A stretch of DNA of 64,000 bases. Origin: Anthoceros angustus. Lineage: Eukaryota > Plantae > Anthocerotophyta. The notes beneath the pieces were generated by a model. The model had not been told where the DNA came from. It made no database searches and worked only from the letters and a program-made list of their open reading frames with translations. Location: positions 124,001-188,000 of the forward strand of contig VJWM01000173.1 of NCBI GenBank assembly GCA_010909165.1. The letters run 5' to 3'. Positions 36,302 through 49,418 of this stretch are shown piece by piece (position 1 is the stretch's first letter; each line of letters opens with the position of its first letter). The translations under genes were made by a program, and so were the position numbers.

Positions 36302-39300
36302 ATGTCGGAAGAGAGGGAGAAGCCAGTGGAGGAAAGCGCAAGCTCCTACAACACATACCGCCCCTCCCTCGTCGACCCCTTCCCACCCTTCCCGCTCCTT
36401 TCCCTCCACGGCATCCAAGCCAGCAGCTTCCTGGGGCCCCGCCGCCCTACGAGGAAGCCGCATTCCCCAGCCAGCCCTCCTTCCTGATCCCCTGCACCCC
36501 GCGGCTGACGATCACCAGGCCCAGGCCTCCTCCAGATCCTCCTTCTCCTACGCCCCTCCAGCAGAACCTCCCTCTCCTACGCCCCTCCCCAAAAGCTCCT
36601 TCTCCAACGCCCCTTCCAAGGACCATCCCCGGACCCCGGCACCGGCGGGAGCGCGCAGCTGGTCCCGGCCTCGCCTTCGAGGGCCTGTCTCTGGAGACTT
36701 CCAGCGGCGAGCAGGAGCAGAGGAGGTCCGTCCTGAGAGCCTCACGCTCCCACATTGGAGCGGCGGTCCTGCAGCCAGGGGGAGCCCGGGAGCCTGCGGG
36801 GGAGCGCGCGGAGCTCCTTCGTGGACAGCCTCCCGCCTTCCGCCAGACGCTCCTTCTCCGAGGTCCCGGACATCAGCCGCAGCACGTCCATCATGGAAGT
36901 GGTGTCCTTCCTCCCCAGCGTGGTGCAGCCCGGGGTGGAGAGCCTGAGCGGGTTCGGGCTGGGAGACGGCGGGAGCAGCAGCAGCAGCAGCAGCAGCATC
37001 CCTCCCAAGAAGCCGAGCTTGCGGGGAAGCTTCGGGGCAGGATCCGGGGAGGCGGAGCCCGAGGGGGAGGTGGTGCAGCTTGTATCCGGCCCGGCGTCCT
37101 CCGCTGAGCGGCGGTCCATCATCGACGGCATCCCGTCCCCGCGCACTGCCGTGCTCCGAGCCGGCTCCTTCTCCGCGGACCATGGCTCGGCCTCCAGGTT
37201 CCCGGACAACCGCAAGTCCTCCCTCTTCGCCTTCGACCGGGTGTACTCCATCGACGAGGAGGATGCCGGGCCGCCCCGGGCTTCGCACGACGGCCATGGC
37301 GGGCACCAGGCCACGAAGCTGCTCAAACCCCCGCTCGTCATCGGCGCCAAGCGCGACGTGCATCTGCTCAGCACGGCGCAGCTGGTGGCCATCACCTGCT
37401 TCGCAGTCGCCGGGGTAAGCAAAGCATTCATTTCCTGTGCAGCCACGGACGGTGTGATTGTTTGTGATTGTGATTGTGTCTGTGTTTGTGTTTGTGTTTG
37501 TGTCTGTGCTGTGTTGATTGATTGCAAGGAAGGAAGGATGTAACTGACGTTGCTGGCATCCATGGCAGGGGCCGTTCGGGTTCGAAGACACCATTTTGGC
37601 AGGGGGAGCGGCCCTCACTCTGCTGGGATTGTTCATATTCCCGGTCTTCTGGTCGGCGCCCATAGCGCTCATGACAGCCGAGCTGTCCTGCATGATCCCC
37701 GAAAGCGGGGGCCATGTGCTGTGGGTGTACCGTGCTTTCGGACCTTTCTGGTCCTTCGTCAACAGCTTCTTCGCCTTCACCTGCAGCGTGCTGGACAACG
37801 CGCTCTACCCCGCCCTGTTCGTGGAGTACTTGGGTGTGGTTTTCTCACACCCGGTGAGCTACGGGTGGGCCGTCGCCTTCAAAGTTTTCGTCGTTGCGGT
37901 TGCAGCTGGGATCAACATTCGGGGAGTCGACATTGTAGGTGCGTCTGCTTTTTCCTTGCCCGTCTGTTTCGAATGAGCATCCGACCTTGATCTCTGCACT
38001 CACTCGAGTCCTCGTCCTCGTCCTCGTCCTGCAGGTACGTCTGCCATCGTGCTGGGAGTGGGAGTTCTGGCTCCTTTCGCAATCATGTGTTTGCTGGGCG
38101 TTTTCCATCTCAATTTCTCCTGGACGTCGTCTGAAAACATCCCCGCTTCCATTAACTGGGGGAAGTTCATTACCGTGTTGCTGTGGAACACGTCCGGGTT
38201 TGTGCCTTTGTGCCCATTACCGTACTGTCTTTGCCCGTCGTAGATTGTCTTGTGTGTGTTTGCATCTTGTGTTAACCTGTCATAATATTAGTTTGCTGCC
38301 AGCTTTGATGCAGCTGGAACTTGCGCTGCGGAAGTGAGGAACCCCGCTCAATCATATCCAAAAGCTTTGGGTGTGAGCGTAGGCCTTATTCTTGGAGTGT
38401 ATTGTCTCCCTTCCTTGATAGGAGCTAGCGTGATTCCCAACTATCAGCAATGGACAAAAGGAACCTACATCATTGCCGCAAAAAAGATTGGAGGTCAATT
38501 CCTCAATGTACGTCTTTGTTCTTCCCATGATCAAAGGAATTGGATAATGGATAAGGAGCACTTTACTATGCACAAAATCCGTTACCTTTTAAATCCAAAA
38601 GCTAATTATGTATTTCATGCTAACAAGGTTTTAATAGGAATTTCAGCAACGCTAAGTGCTTTGGGACTACTTCTTACAAGACTTTGCACCAACTCAAGAA
38701 TTATCTATGGCATGGCATTAGTTGATCAAGTAAGGTTTTCACCACTTGAATATAAAATATTTTTAATTATTTATATATTATTTTGATTTACTTTGAATAT
38801 ATACCTACTAATTTATACTTCATTGTATGTCATTGTAGGTACCATAAATGGCTTCCATTATTTTTGCTAATGCATGTTTGGTATTCACAGTTGCCTCCTG
38901 TGTTTACTAAAATTCATCCTAAATATGCAACGCCATGGACAGCCATTACCTTAACATCAGTGATTACTCTTTTTTTGAGTGGTTTCAGCTCATTTTCACT
39001 TTCTGAGGTACCCCTTTTACTTCTTGATAACTTTTTAATTTGATAGACAAATTACCTTGTTATATTTTGATATTATCCAAAAGTTATTCATATATGCAGG
39101 CCGATATGTTATTTTATGCTTTATCAACTATGCTTAAGTTTGGTGCTCTCATACAACTGAGAGTTACAGAGCCAGATGCTTTTAGAGCATACAAGATTCC
39201 ATTGGAAACTTGGCAAATCACAGGTACATGTGTTTTCATGCAAACTTGTCTACATTCTTTTAATCAGAATGAATTAAAATTTCTAATTTTTGCTCCGACT

Positions 39301-39924
39301 TATTCATAATATTAATCATGCAATGCAATATATTCTAACAATGTTAGTCTCCAACAGCATTAGCATCAATCCCAATCACATTATGTATTTCGATGATCTT
39401 TATGTCATCGGAACGTACTCATGGTATTGCTCTCATATGTAAGTTCTTATTCTCTTGATGAGGAATAAGTCTTTGTTTATTTATCATAAATATTAATAAT
39501 CTATTTTAAATTTTAAATTTATTATATAGGGTCCACTTGTGCAATACTGGCCTACATAGGTAAAGAATTAGCCACTCAACATGGAATACACCCTGATGAA
39601 GTTGTACAACAAAGAATGCAAAGAGTTCAACAAAACATAAACCAAATGCAAAAAAGAATCGATAACATAATCGATAAAGAGGTTAAACCATCCATGGAAA
39701 CTATTGGACATGCTTTGCATATTCATAACTCCAACTTCATAGGGCAAGCTCGAACTCAAAGTCTTAAAGATGATGGAAGACAAGTCAAATTTCAAGATGG
39801 ATCACAAACCTTAAGTGAAAATTCACTAGAGTTAGCAAGATCAGTTATTGCTGAAACAAATACTTTACCAAACTCAAGGCAAACAAAACAGAAAAGTCGA
39901 TTTGGAAGTTCAAGTTCATCATAG
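36302..39924 (+). CDS. APC-superfamily amino acid/polyamine permease (PUT/LAT-like) with long N-terminal extension; multi-exon; 5' part frameshifted (first safe in-frame ATG 36893)
   Basis: LVAITCFAVAG|GPFGFED...PIALMTAELSCMIPESGGHVLWVYRAFGPFW...LDNALYPALF, EVRNPAQSYPKAL and LRVTEPDAFRAYKIP. Confidence 0.9.
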
Positions 39925-40599
39925 TTTTTCCACTCCGAAATAAGAAGTTTTACAGCCTCAATTTTCTAGAGAGAACGTGATCAAGTCATGTTGCCTCAAA
40001 AGGCTATGTAACTTTAACTGGTATTAGAGTTTATATTTATCTAGAGGTTCCATGCAGCTTTTTCACAAAGTGTACATTTGTCACGTAAAAAGATATGAGG
40101 AGACTTTATTCAATACGGAGATATGCGTAGTCCCATCTACACCAAGACATTGGGAAACAATCCTTGAAGAGCATCAAGATTAGGACGTACCCTTCACGAA
40201 ATCACCTATCGCTTCTACAATGTTAAAATTAAAAGAACCTAGGCCTACCACCGGATTTGCAGAGGAAGCATCCCATCCACGTAAAAAATGGAATTTGGAG
40301 TTTTCCTCTAAGTCGAGTTATTACTATTTTTTGAAAACCATTAGAGAGATTTAGTTAGGAGCATGATAATTATATAGCATAGCACTTTACAATAATTCAA
40401 GAAGGAGAAATGGGGTGAGCCCTTTGACCAAAAAACGTCATAGGGAGTCCCCAAGGGTCGCAACAAAAATGAGCAGCCAAGGTCCATGCCTAAAATCACC
40501 AATAGCACCAATATGATGGTATGATCAAGGAGATTGAATAAACTACATATAACATGGTCAAGTTATCGAGGATGCATCTCCAAATGAAGTAGACATCCC

Positions 40600-40990
40600 A
40601 AGGATAGACCCTACAAGTACCATTTGGAGGGCAATGGACATGCGCGGTCAAAACAATGCCATGAAATAGGAGAGAGGTAGTCTCGCTCGACGTCTTGTGC
40701 ATGATATGCTTTGGCATAAGATCGGACTTGATAAATTTATCAAAGTCCTTAGCCAACACTCCATAAGTTTCCAAGGCAAAAAGATGCCTTGCTTGTATTC
40801 CCCTATACGTAGTGACCTTAGATGCAATAGGTTGCCACTTCTGCCTTGTTTGCATTCCCCTATATGTAGTGAGCTTAGGTGTAGGTTGCCACTTCGGCTT
40901 GCTTGCATTCTCACATCTATTATCGTTATATGCTCGGAAATGAAGTTGGAGGGTTGACAACCTCACGGCCAGGGTCCACATCCCACCCAT
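40600..40990 (-). mobile_element. Non-LTR retrotransposon (restriction-like endonuclease class) 3' relic
   Basis: Minus-strand KVTTY...LFALETYGVLAKDFDKFIK, followed in another frame by RMSIALQ, resembles the K-x3-Y...F-x2-ET-x-G...R-x-S-x-ALQ C-terminus of RLE-type LINEs. It contains a ~57-bp internal duplication (~40800-40910). Confidence 0.55.
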
Positions 40991-43290
40991 CAAACAAATA
41001 GTATGTACAATAACTCCTTATTCCATCCATCATCATAGCTAAAATAACGATGCTTGAGAAGAAAGAAGGGATAGTTGAAAAGCCATTCATATGGAAGTTG
41101 CAAAGTTATTAACAACGGTGAATGAGTAAGAAGAAGGGAAGGATAGTTCAAGCTTTGAATAATAAACACATGTATATGTAGTTGTATGTTATCATTAAAT
41201 GTCTTGTGTAAGATATAAGTGAATAAAACATTATATTGTATATGTAAAGATGAGACGAACCCATCCACCATAAGACAACCGGGAGCAATGGTGAGACCAA
41301 GGATCATAACGAGCACGGGGAAAAATGCTCATACCAAAGTTACATATAACACCCGGATGCAAGTGAAGACGAAGAAAATGAATTGGATACATGTGAATAG
41401 GTCAAGTGTGGTTTGGTGCAATCTAGGTGAGACATATAATTATAGCAAGTAAAGTATGATAATGTGATAAATCAAGTTTGGATAAGTATAATTTAAGTAA
41501 GGTATATGATGTTAGCAAAATAAAATATATAAAGTTTGAAGATCACTTTGGTAAGATATGATTATTTCAAGTACACATTAGGAAGATAGACAATAAGTTC
41601 TTTGTTGATCTTTTATTTTGAGAGGAAAGTATTCATATTTTTTTGAATATTTAATAAAGTTTTATTTTATATGAAGTGAATTTAATATTATTGATAAATA
41701 AATTAAATATAAATGTGATCTATCCTGGCAATGATGACTAGTAATGTTGTCTTGTTTTTGTAGAAAGCAAGAGGACTGACTCTATTTTTAATAATTATTA
41801 TATAATATTTAGATATTGAATAAAGCAGATGACGTATTTCGTGAAAGAAGAGTTTCTCGGGAGCAGGAAAGAAATGGCGGGAAAAAATGGGTGTGTGAAG
41901 GTTGGGAAGGTAAAAAGGTGAAGGTGCGAGACGGTTTGGGGTCGGCGGAGATAACCCGAGCCCTGTAGTTACGGTGCAGCCAGGCCGAGAGGGTGTCAGC
42001 CCAAACGCAGCAACGGGACGAGCAAAAGGAAAGGACTCTCGACTCTGTCACCACCCGGCGCAGAGGAGCAGAAGAGAGCACAGGGGAGAGCAGGCCGCGA
42101 GCAGAGCAGAGCAGCCCCGCCCTGCCCCCTGCGCCCTGCGCCCTGCGCTTGCGCCACGCCAGTGCCAGCAGCGAGCCCTCCTGCTCGCCCGATCGACGCC
42201 GCGCCGGCTCGATCCAGCGCACGCCAATTGCGCCCGCCCGGCCCGCCATGCCTGCGCGCACCAGGCTGCAGCAAATGCGGTGAGCCTGCCCTGCCCTGCC
42301 CTGCCGTGCGGGATGTGCGCAATGTGCGTGCTGGAAGCGCCGGGATGTGAGCCGCGGCGACAGCTGAAGCGCCTGGAGGACGACGCGCATCGGGCCGGTA
42401 ATGGCCGCAGAAGAGGCGCCTTGACTGGGATCTGCTAGGCTGGACTCTGAGGGCCTCGGCCTCCACCTCCAGATCGGGGCTGGAGATTGGACTGGTCCGG
42501 AATTTCGCACGGCAATGTAGCCGGCGCATTGGAGTGGACGAGCGCGGCCTGGGATAAATCTGCCCTGTAGCTGCGGTGCAGTGAGGTGGTCGGATGCGTG
42601 CTGCTCTAGGGAGCTGAGATTTGTGAGTTTAGTTTGCGAGGGAGGAGCGGGCGTGGAGATCGAAGGTGCACGGAACGGGATTTCTGGCCTGCAGGCGGTT
42701 AGCTGTGCTAGATCCGGGGCCCGGTGGCGTGCAACGTGGTGGAGTCCTCTCCAGCGGTTCTATCAGTCGAACTGACGTCCGGGAAGGCCGCCGAGTGTAA
42801 GTGGAATTGGATGTAATTCTGGCGCGTTGGGACGATTTCGGTGCCGTACAATGCGTGGGAGGGAAACTCGTGAGGCTTTAGTTGGGAGCGAGGGGATTGA
42901 TGTCGTGTAGGAATTGTCAGCGTGGCTTGGGAAGGTGCTGCTGCTGGAAGGGAGTGTGGAAGGCAGTAGGACAGGATGGTTGGATGGACTAGGGTAACGT
43001 GGTGGTACTGGACTTGTGTTACAGATCTGGTGCCGTGTGAGGTATGGCTGGATGGTGAGAATGCTGCGACTGCAGCTGTGGGTGACGAAAACAGTCACGA
43101 CCAGGTAAGAGCGTGCAGTTGCATTATTTCTGCTGGACCAGGTGCGAGCTCAGGAACTGGCGTTTTTTGATCGGGTAGCTCCTCTTGTATGCTTGCTTGT
43201 TTGCAGTAACCCGCAGGAGAAGCGCAGGGAGAAGCGGGGTGGAATCCTGCTGATGTCTCGTTCGCAATGCGACAAGCTCTATGCGGTACA

Positions 43291-46200
43291 ATGATGCGTG
43301 CCATACGGCCTCCGGAGTCCAAGCAAGCCACAACTCTATTGGTACGCGTACTCTTACAGCTCAGGCACCTCAGCCTTCCTGGTTTTTCTGGGGGTTTCCT
43401 GGACATCGTGTGTGGGGCGATTTAAGCTGCTCTTAACACGTTTTTGGGCTTTTGGGCGAACCTTAGGTAGCTGTGAGATGCAGACCTCTCACACCAAAAG
43501 AGCAGACCAAAAGTCGGGACATCCTCCGTGTAGTTGATGACAAGGTTAGGGAATACTTGATGGATTGGATCATATGATGCATGCTTAAGCATGAGGTCGG
43601 ATGGTGCCTTATTTCCCATACATGTGGTTCTTGTGCAGGTTGTGGTTGTCCTTGACCCGGATACTCAGAAGGATTACTTAGATCGTGTACAGAATAGGAG
43701 CAAGGAGAAAAAATATGTTTTCGATGTTGCCTTTGGTCCGGAGGCAACAAACCAGGTGAGAAAGCAAAACGGCAATGCTAAGCTTTGGACCTGGGAGGGT
43801 TTGTGTTGATTGCCCGGGCTAGCAGTTCTGTTTTTCTCTTATTCTGTGGTTTCTTGGGCAGTCACTGTTTGTATTCGACGTTCTGCTGTGTGATTGAACT
43901 TTTTGCAACGACAAGCCTTAGTAGGTTGAAACAAAAGGAGGATGGTCAGAGTTGGATGCTTAAATTTCATGTCAAAGTTGAAAAGTCTGCTCACCAAAGG
44001 GAGAATGTCCGGGGCAAATGACTACAGGATGTCTACAAGAACACCGTTGGTACTATGGTTGAGGGTGTTGTCCGGGGCCTCAATGCCACCATTTTTGCGT
44101 ATGGCGCCACCGGAAGGTAACACACGATTCTCTCATGGAATGACGGGTATCTGATATATTGTTCATGGTTCAGAAGCTGACAGTTTGCAGAAGGGCCAGT
44201 CTGATCGATATTTGATCTTGTCTAATTGCGTTTTGCACCAATTGTGTTTCCAGTGGTAAGACACACACAATGGCTGGCACTACCGAAGATCCAGGCCTGA
44301 TGGTCCAAAGCTTGCAGGCAATTTTTGCCCTGATATCTAAAAAGGACAACGAACATGAATTTGAAGTTACTTGTTCGTATCTCGAAGTCTACAATGAGGT
44401 GGGAACCATGACCCATACATCCTAGGAATTCTCTGGGATGGCTCCTGTGTTGTACATTCTGGCACCACTTGCCATGACTCTGTTCACTGTGATGTGCGCA
44501 GGTGATATATGACCTGCTTGAGAAATCATCAGGCCACTTGGAGCTTCGTGAAGATCCTGATCAAGGAATCACGGTGGCTGGCCTCAAACGCATACAGGTA
44601 AGCTTTCCTCTTATGTCTTTTGGTTGATGCATGGTAGTTCTGTGTTGGAGCTGTTTGCTGAGTTATAAGGCTCGTTGTTGTTTGGACAGTATTTGAGACC
44701 TCTCTCTCTTACCAGCTGTATCTCCTGCTCCTGTAACTGCTGCTAGTGCAGAACTGGTCTGACTGGACCAGGTTCACTGCATACAGGTCAGTTCTGCTGA
44801 GAAGATCTTGGAGCTTCTCAATCAAGGGAATAGTAGAAGGAAAACAGAAAGTACAGATGCAAATGCTACCTCGTCACGGTTAGTCATGCTCCTAATTTGA
44901 CGACGTGGTCAGTACTATTCGAATCACCAGCCATGTAGCTGGAGTTTTGTGATAGTGCCTTTGCTGTTTGTGAGCTTGGATTTTTTCTGTCTGCAGTTCA
45001 CATGCTGTTTTGGAAATCATTGTCAAGAGGAAGCAGAAAAACCAGTATAGATCCCAGGTGCTGAAAGGCAAGCTGGCTTTGGTTGACCTTGCAGGCAGGT
45101 GCGTTTTTTAAACAGTAGCTTTTTGTTGCTTTCTTAACTTCGGGCCATCAGCCGACCTAGTGCCCTGCTCATGAGAGTCTCGTATGGCTTGCAGTGAGCG
45201 GGCTTCAGAAACAAATAATGCAGGACAGAAGCTCAGGGATGGCGCGAACATTAACCGTTCGCTGTTGGCTCTGGCAACCTGCATCAACGCACTCGGCAAG
45301 CAGCAGAAGAAAGGGCTTGCTTATGTACCATATCGTAACAGGTTTGGACACATGCTGAACGTGTTTTACCGAATCACATGCCGATTGTCACTTAAAGAAA
45401 AGTCTACGTCGAGTAAGTAACGTTTGTGTGGTAAGTGCAGCAAGCTGACACGGCTTTTGAAGGATGGCTTAAGTGGGAATTCGCGGACCGTAATGGTCGC
45501 CAATGTATCGTCTGGAGATGATCAGTACCACCATACTACTAACACGTTAAAGTATGCTGACCGGGCGAAGGAAATCAAAACTCACATTCAGGTAATCGGT
45601 TATGCTGAGGTTCACCTTGGTGGCTTGTATTATGGGTCGCCGCGTGGAGTCTTATTGAAGTCGTTGGTGCAGACTAATGTAGGCACGGTGGATGCTCACG
45701 TTGCCGATTATCAAAGGATGATTGACAACCTTCAGGTACACTTAAGCCCTGGTACTCGCCTGCCCTGTTTACTTGCTGGAAGCAAGAATTTTTGTTGGGT
45801 GCTTACCATTCATGACTATCATTGCAGGTGGAGGTAAGTCAGTTGAGGAGAGAGCTGGCAGAGAAAGATACTCAATTGAGTGCTCGAACGGCAGACAAGA
45901 CAGCCGATGATGAACTTTCATGGCTAGATGTTTTGAGTAGTGATATCAATGAAAATGTGGAGGAGCGAATCAACCTACAGAAAGCCGTTTTTGAACTCGA
46001 AGACATGAACACCCGCAACAAAGTTGAACTTCAGCAGCTGGATGAACTAATCACAGGAAAGCAGGTATTTCTCTCTGTCTTGCTACCATACACTTCAAAG
46101 GCTTGTACAGTGTAGGGACTCCATTTGAATTTTCTTCTTACAAAACTTGGAACGTAGTTTTGTGTTTGAAGATGGCTTGCTTTCTGACAGAACACTGACA

Positions 46201-48254
46201 AACAAGAAATTGAGTCACTGGTTGAAAGAAGGCAAGTAATACTTGACAACATTCGAGATAATGATGAGGCTGGTGCACATTACAGACAGGTACCCAATGT
46301 GGAATTTTTAGCAGAAACTGTCTGGACTGAAAGGATGATGGACAATTCACGATGGTGTTCGTTCTGCTTGGAATAGGACATCGAGGCCAATGAGGCGCAG
46401 CGGAAACAGTTGCAACGACTGATTGATGAAGCGATTGCAAGTGACCGTAACAAAACGTTTCTTCGTATTCTATCCCAATACAGGTTACTGGTGAGTAATT
46501 CCCTGCTTGGTTGTTTGACATTGTGTGATTTTGGCTCACGGGAAGGGTAGGTAGTCTTGTAGCAGCATGTTCACTTCTCATCTCACGCTATTGCAACCTT
46601 TCCAGGGTATGACAAATATGGAGCTTCAGTTTCAGATGGCTATCAGGGATCAAATTATTCACGATCAGAGGGAAGCACTCAACAACCTGTGGTTGGTTCT
46701 GGAAAGTTCTGGGTTAGATCAAGATCAGATCATGGAAATTGCAGCTCAAGAAGGAATTATGATAGAGGATGGATTGATGGCCCAGAGTATGGGGTCAAGT
46801 ATTGCTCCGACTATCAGCAGAGGTCATGTAGCCCCAGCACCTGTGCCTATTTTGCACAACCAGACTTTGACAGCTGCTGGTTCGAGATATTCGAACCTCA
46901 TTCAGCTTCAGATTCCTGCTGACACGGCGATGAGCAGTGAATACAAATCCAAGTCTGATGGTTATCCTTTTGACGAAAAGGATACTGCTAGTTCGTACAA
47001 AAGTACGGTGGAGGATTGGAAGATGCAAGAAGATAAACCTTCAACAATAGCTGGGGACGCAAGGCCAGAGAGTGTAAGTTGCAGCAGGCTTGATTTTGAA
47101 GTTAGTGACGATGGTTCCCGTGACAGTAATGGAGTCCGACCCACCGAAAAGTGCAGGGGCTCTAATGTTACTAGACTAACTGGCTTCTTTGAAAGTAAGC
47201 TCAGCCCCACAGCTGTCGATCAGTCGATACCCTGTACAACCAGAGGCAAGTCTCCCCCTGAGGTAGCTGCTGCTAAGGTAAGTTCGGTTACCAAGCAAAG
47301 ACGGCGACCTCGATCTGGAGAAAGCCGTCAACGGCATAGTTGGTCTCTTGAGATAGGTGACGGTAGCACCACTGGAGTAGATGCTGGTAGTGAAGGCAGC
47401 GAGACAGATGAGTCGGACAATGGGTGGAATGATCCCAATAAGCGGCTTTCAGACAGGGTCACTGAATCTTTACAGGGTGTCACAGACAACGAAGTGCTCC
47501 GCAGTACAGTCCTCTCAACCATTCATCATAAAAGCTGCTGTTATGATCAAAGATATGCTTTGTAACTTTTGGAGCTCAATTAAATGGCGTGGAGGCTGTA
47601 GGTCGTCGGAGTTGCCCGAGGTGCTGGGGGCAAGTTGCCCCTTCCTGTTGTCTCATTGCCTGTGATGTTGTGTGCAGGAACTGGCCCGGTTGGAGAGTGA
47701 ACTGCAGAACTTAAAGAAAGGATTGGATAGGAGTAGTGGAGCACACTCCTATGCTGTTAGTGCCAACAAACAGGGGCCAGTGACGACTGAGAGTGAGCTT
47801 CAGGACCTGAGGCGGACTATCTCCAGGAACTGTAGCGAGCTTCAGGATCTGAAGAGAGCTATAAATAGGAACGTGATGAGTTCTGGTTTGTGCGGGGTTC
47901 GAAGGTGTGCATAGTTTCCAATGGAGCCCAACCTCTGTCAACTCATGCTCTCATAATGGAACTGTAACTAACGGTGCCAGTAACGGTCACGGGTGTCCAG
48001 TACATCCACCGTTCTCCTCACCATCTGCCGACACTCGTGCCTGGGGAAGAGTGGGGACGCCTGACACAGGTATTGTGCTTGAGGTGGCTTCCAGGGGATC
48101 TCCAATTGTTCCAACAGAGATACTGGACAATCACGGTTACACAGGTATGAGTTGCAAATCCAAAGTTCTAAGAGACAGACGCAAGTCTAAGTTTGATTCG
48201 CCGGTTGGACGAGCTAGACAGTTGTGGCCAAGAAACATAACGGAATGGAAGTAG
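43291..48254 (+). CDS. Kinesin-8 (KIN8B-like) motor protein, multi-exon; 3' end uncertain (47914 or 48254)
   Basis: [17 protein letters not shown]|VAVRCRPL...|[30 protein letters not shown]-loop [35 protein letters not shown] and [22 protein letters not shown]. Confidence 0.95.
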
Positions 48255-49418
48255 TGCAGAACTTGGACTGTGAGGTTTATACCCCGGCCAAACTTTTTGA
48301 TGAATGTAGATTGCTAGATACGACTTCTAGGATTTTGTACAATGCAAGCTTCGGTACGATTGGCGTTGGTGAATATCCTTGGGTGGAGTTCGGATGTTGC
48401 AGGGCTGACTACTCTAGATTCTTGATAATGTAGCCGTGTGATTAACGTGACGTAGAAAGCTGTAACCCACCCTTAACATGTTCCTCCTGGGCTGTCCTGT
48501 CAAACTGTTGAGTGGAGAGGAAGTGTATGCTGGTTTTTGGGTTTTTGGGTTTTTGGGTTTTTTTTTTCCCCCCAGAGGCCCGCCTGATTCAAATTGCTCC
48601 TTTTTCTTTTCTGAATTGCCAGCATCTGCCCATCGGCATGGGAAGGGCTATGCAGTGCGACCCAGTGATGGCTCCTACCCGAGAAAGGGGCAAGCACAAG
48701 TAGGAGGATCAAGCATGAGTCCTCCTTCCAGGCTTACCCAGGACAAGAAACTGCAGTGTGAGCGATCCACAATGCGCGACCGGCAACGGCCTGCAGTCAG
48801 TCGGAAGTTGTTGTGCACCTAAAGCTGGTGGTCTTGTTTTTTTCTGTTGTCGCTTGTTCATATCATTTCCTTGCGGGTGGTGTGCTAAGCCGCGTCATTG
48901 AAACTTCCTCAGCAGTCTGTGCCGATCCTTGGTCCACTCTTGGCCCAGGCTTGTACATGACCCTCTGTTTTTGGTAGGCAGCTAACTGTGATCAACCCGT
49001 GGCAAGTCACCACTTACAACACGCAAGGTGTTCATTCTTCGAACAAATAAAAATTGTCAGGTTTCAGGAAGGGGTGGGATTATAACGGTTAAAAACTGTT
49101 TAATCAAACGATCTCATCCCTTCCTGCATCCATGCATCCATGCTCACAGCCCTCTGCAACTATTGTGACTCTGGCTGCCATCTTGGATGCTTTCGAGGGC
49201 AGCTATAAAGAACGCCCTGCTGTTCGTGGTTGCGAAATCGATGGTACAAAACATGCTGTATCAACCTGGTTAACATGTTGTATCAACCTGGTTGTTTGCG
49301 ACAACTTTACGAAAATGCCTCGAGTCCTTATGGCTTCAGGCTCACAAATTTCACCATCTGGCAAAATAATGACTCCCATATTTGGTGAACACATAAATGA
49401 TCGAGCTAGTCGGGTTCC

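Noticed and set aside
36548-37798. 416-aa and 273-aa minus-strand ORFs
   Set aside because: Antisense shadows of the permease, running through an intronic (GTTTGT)n microsatellite.
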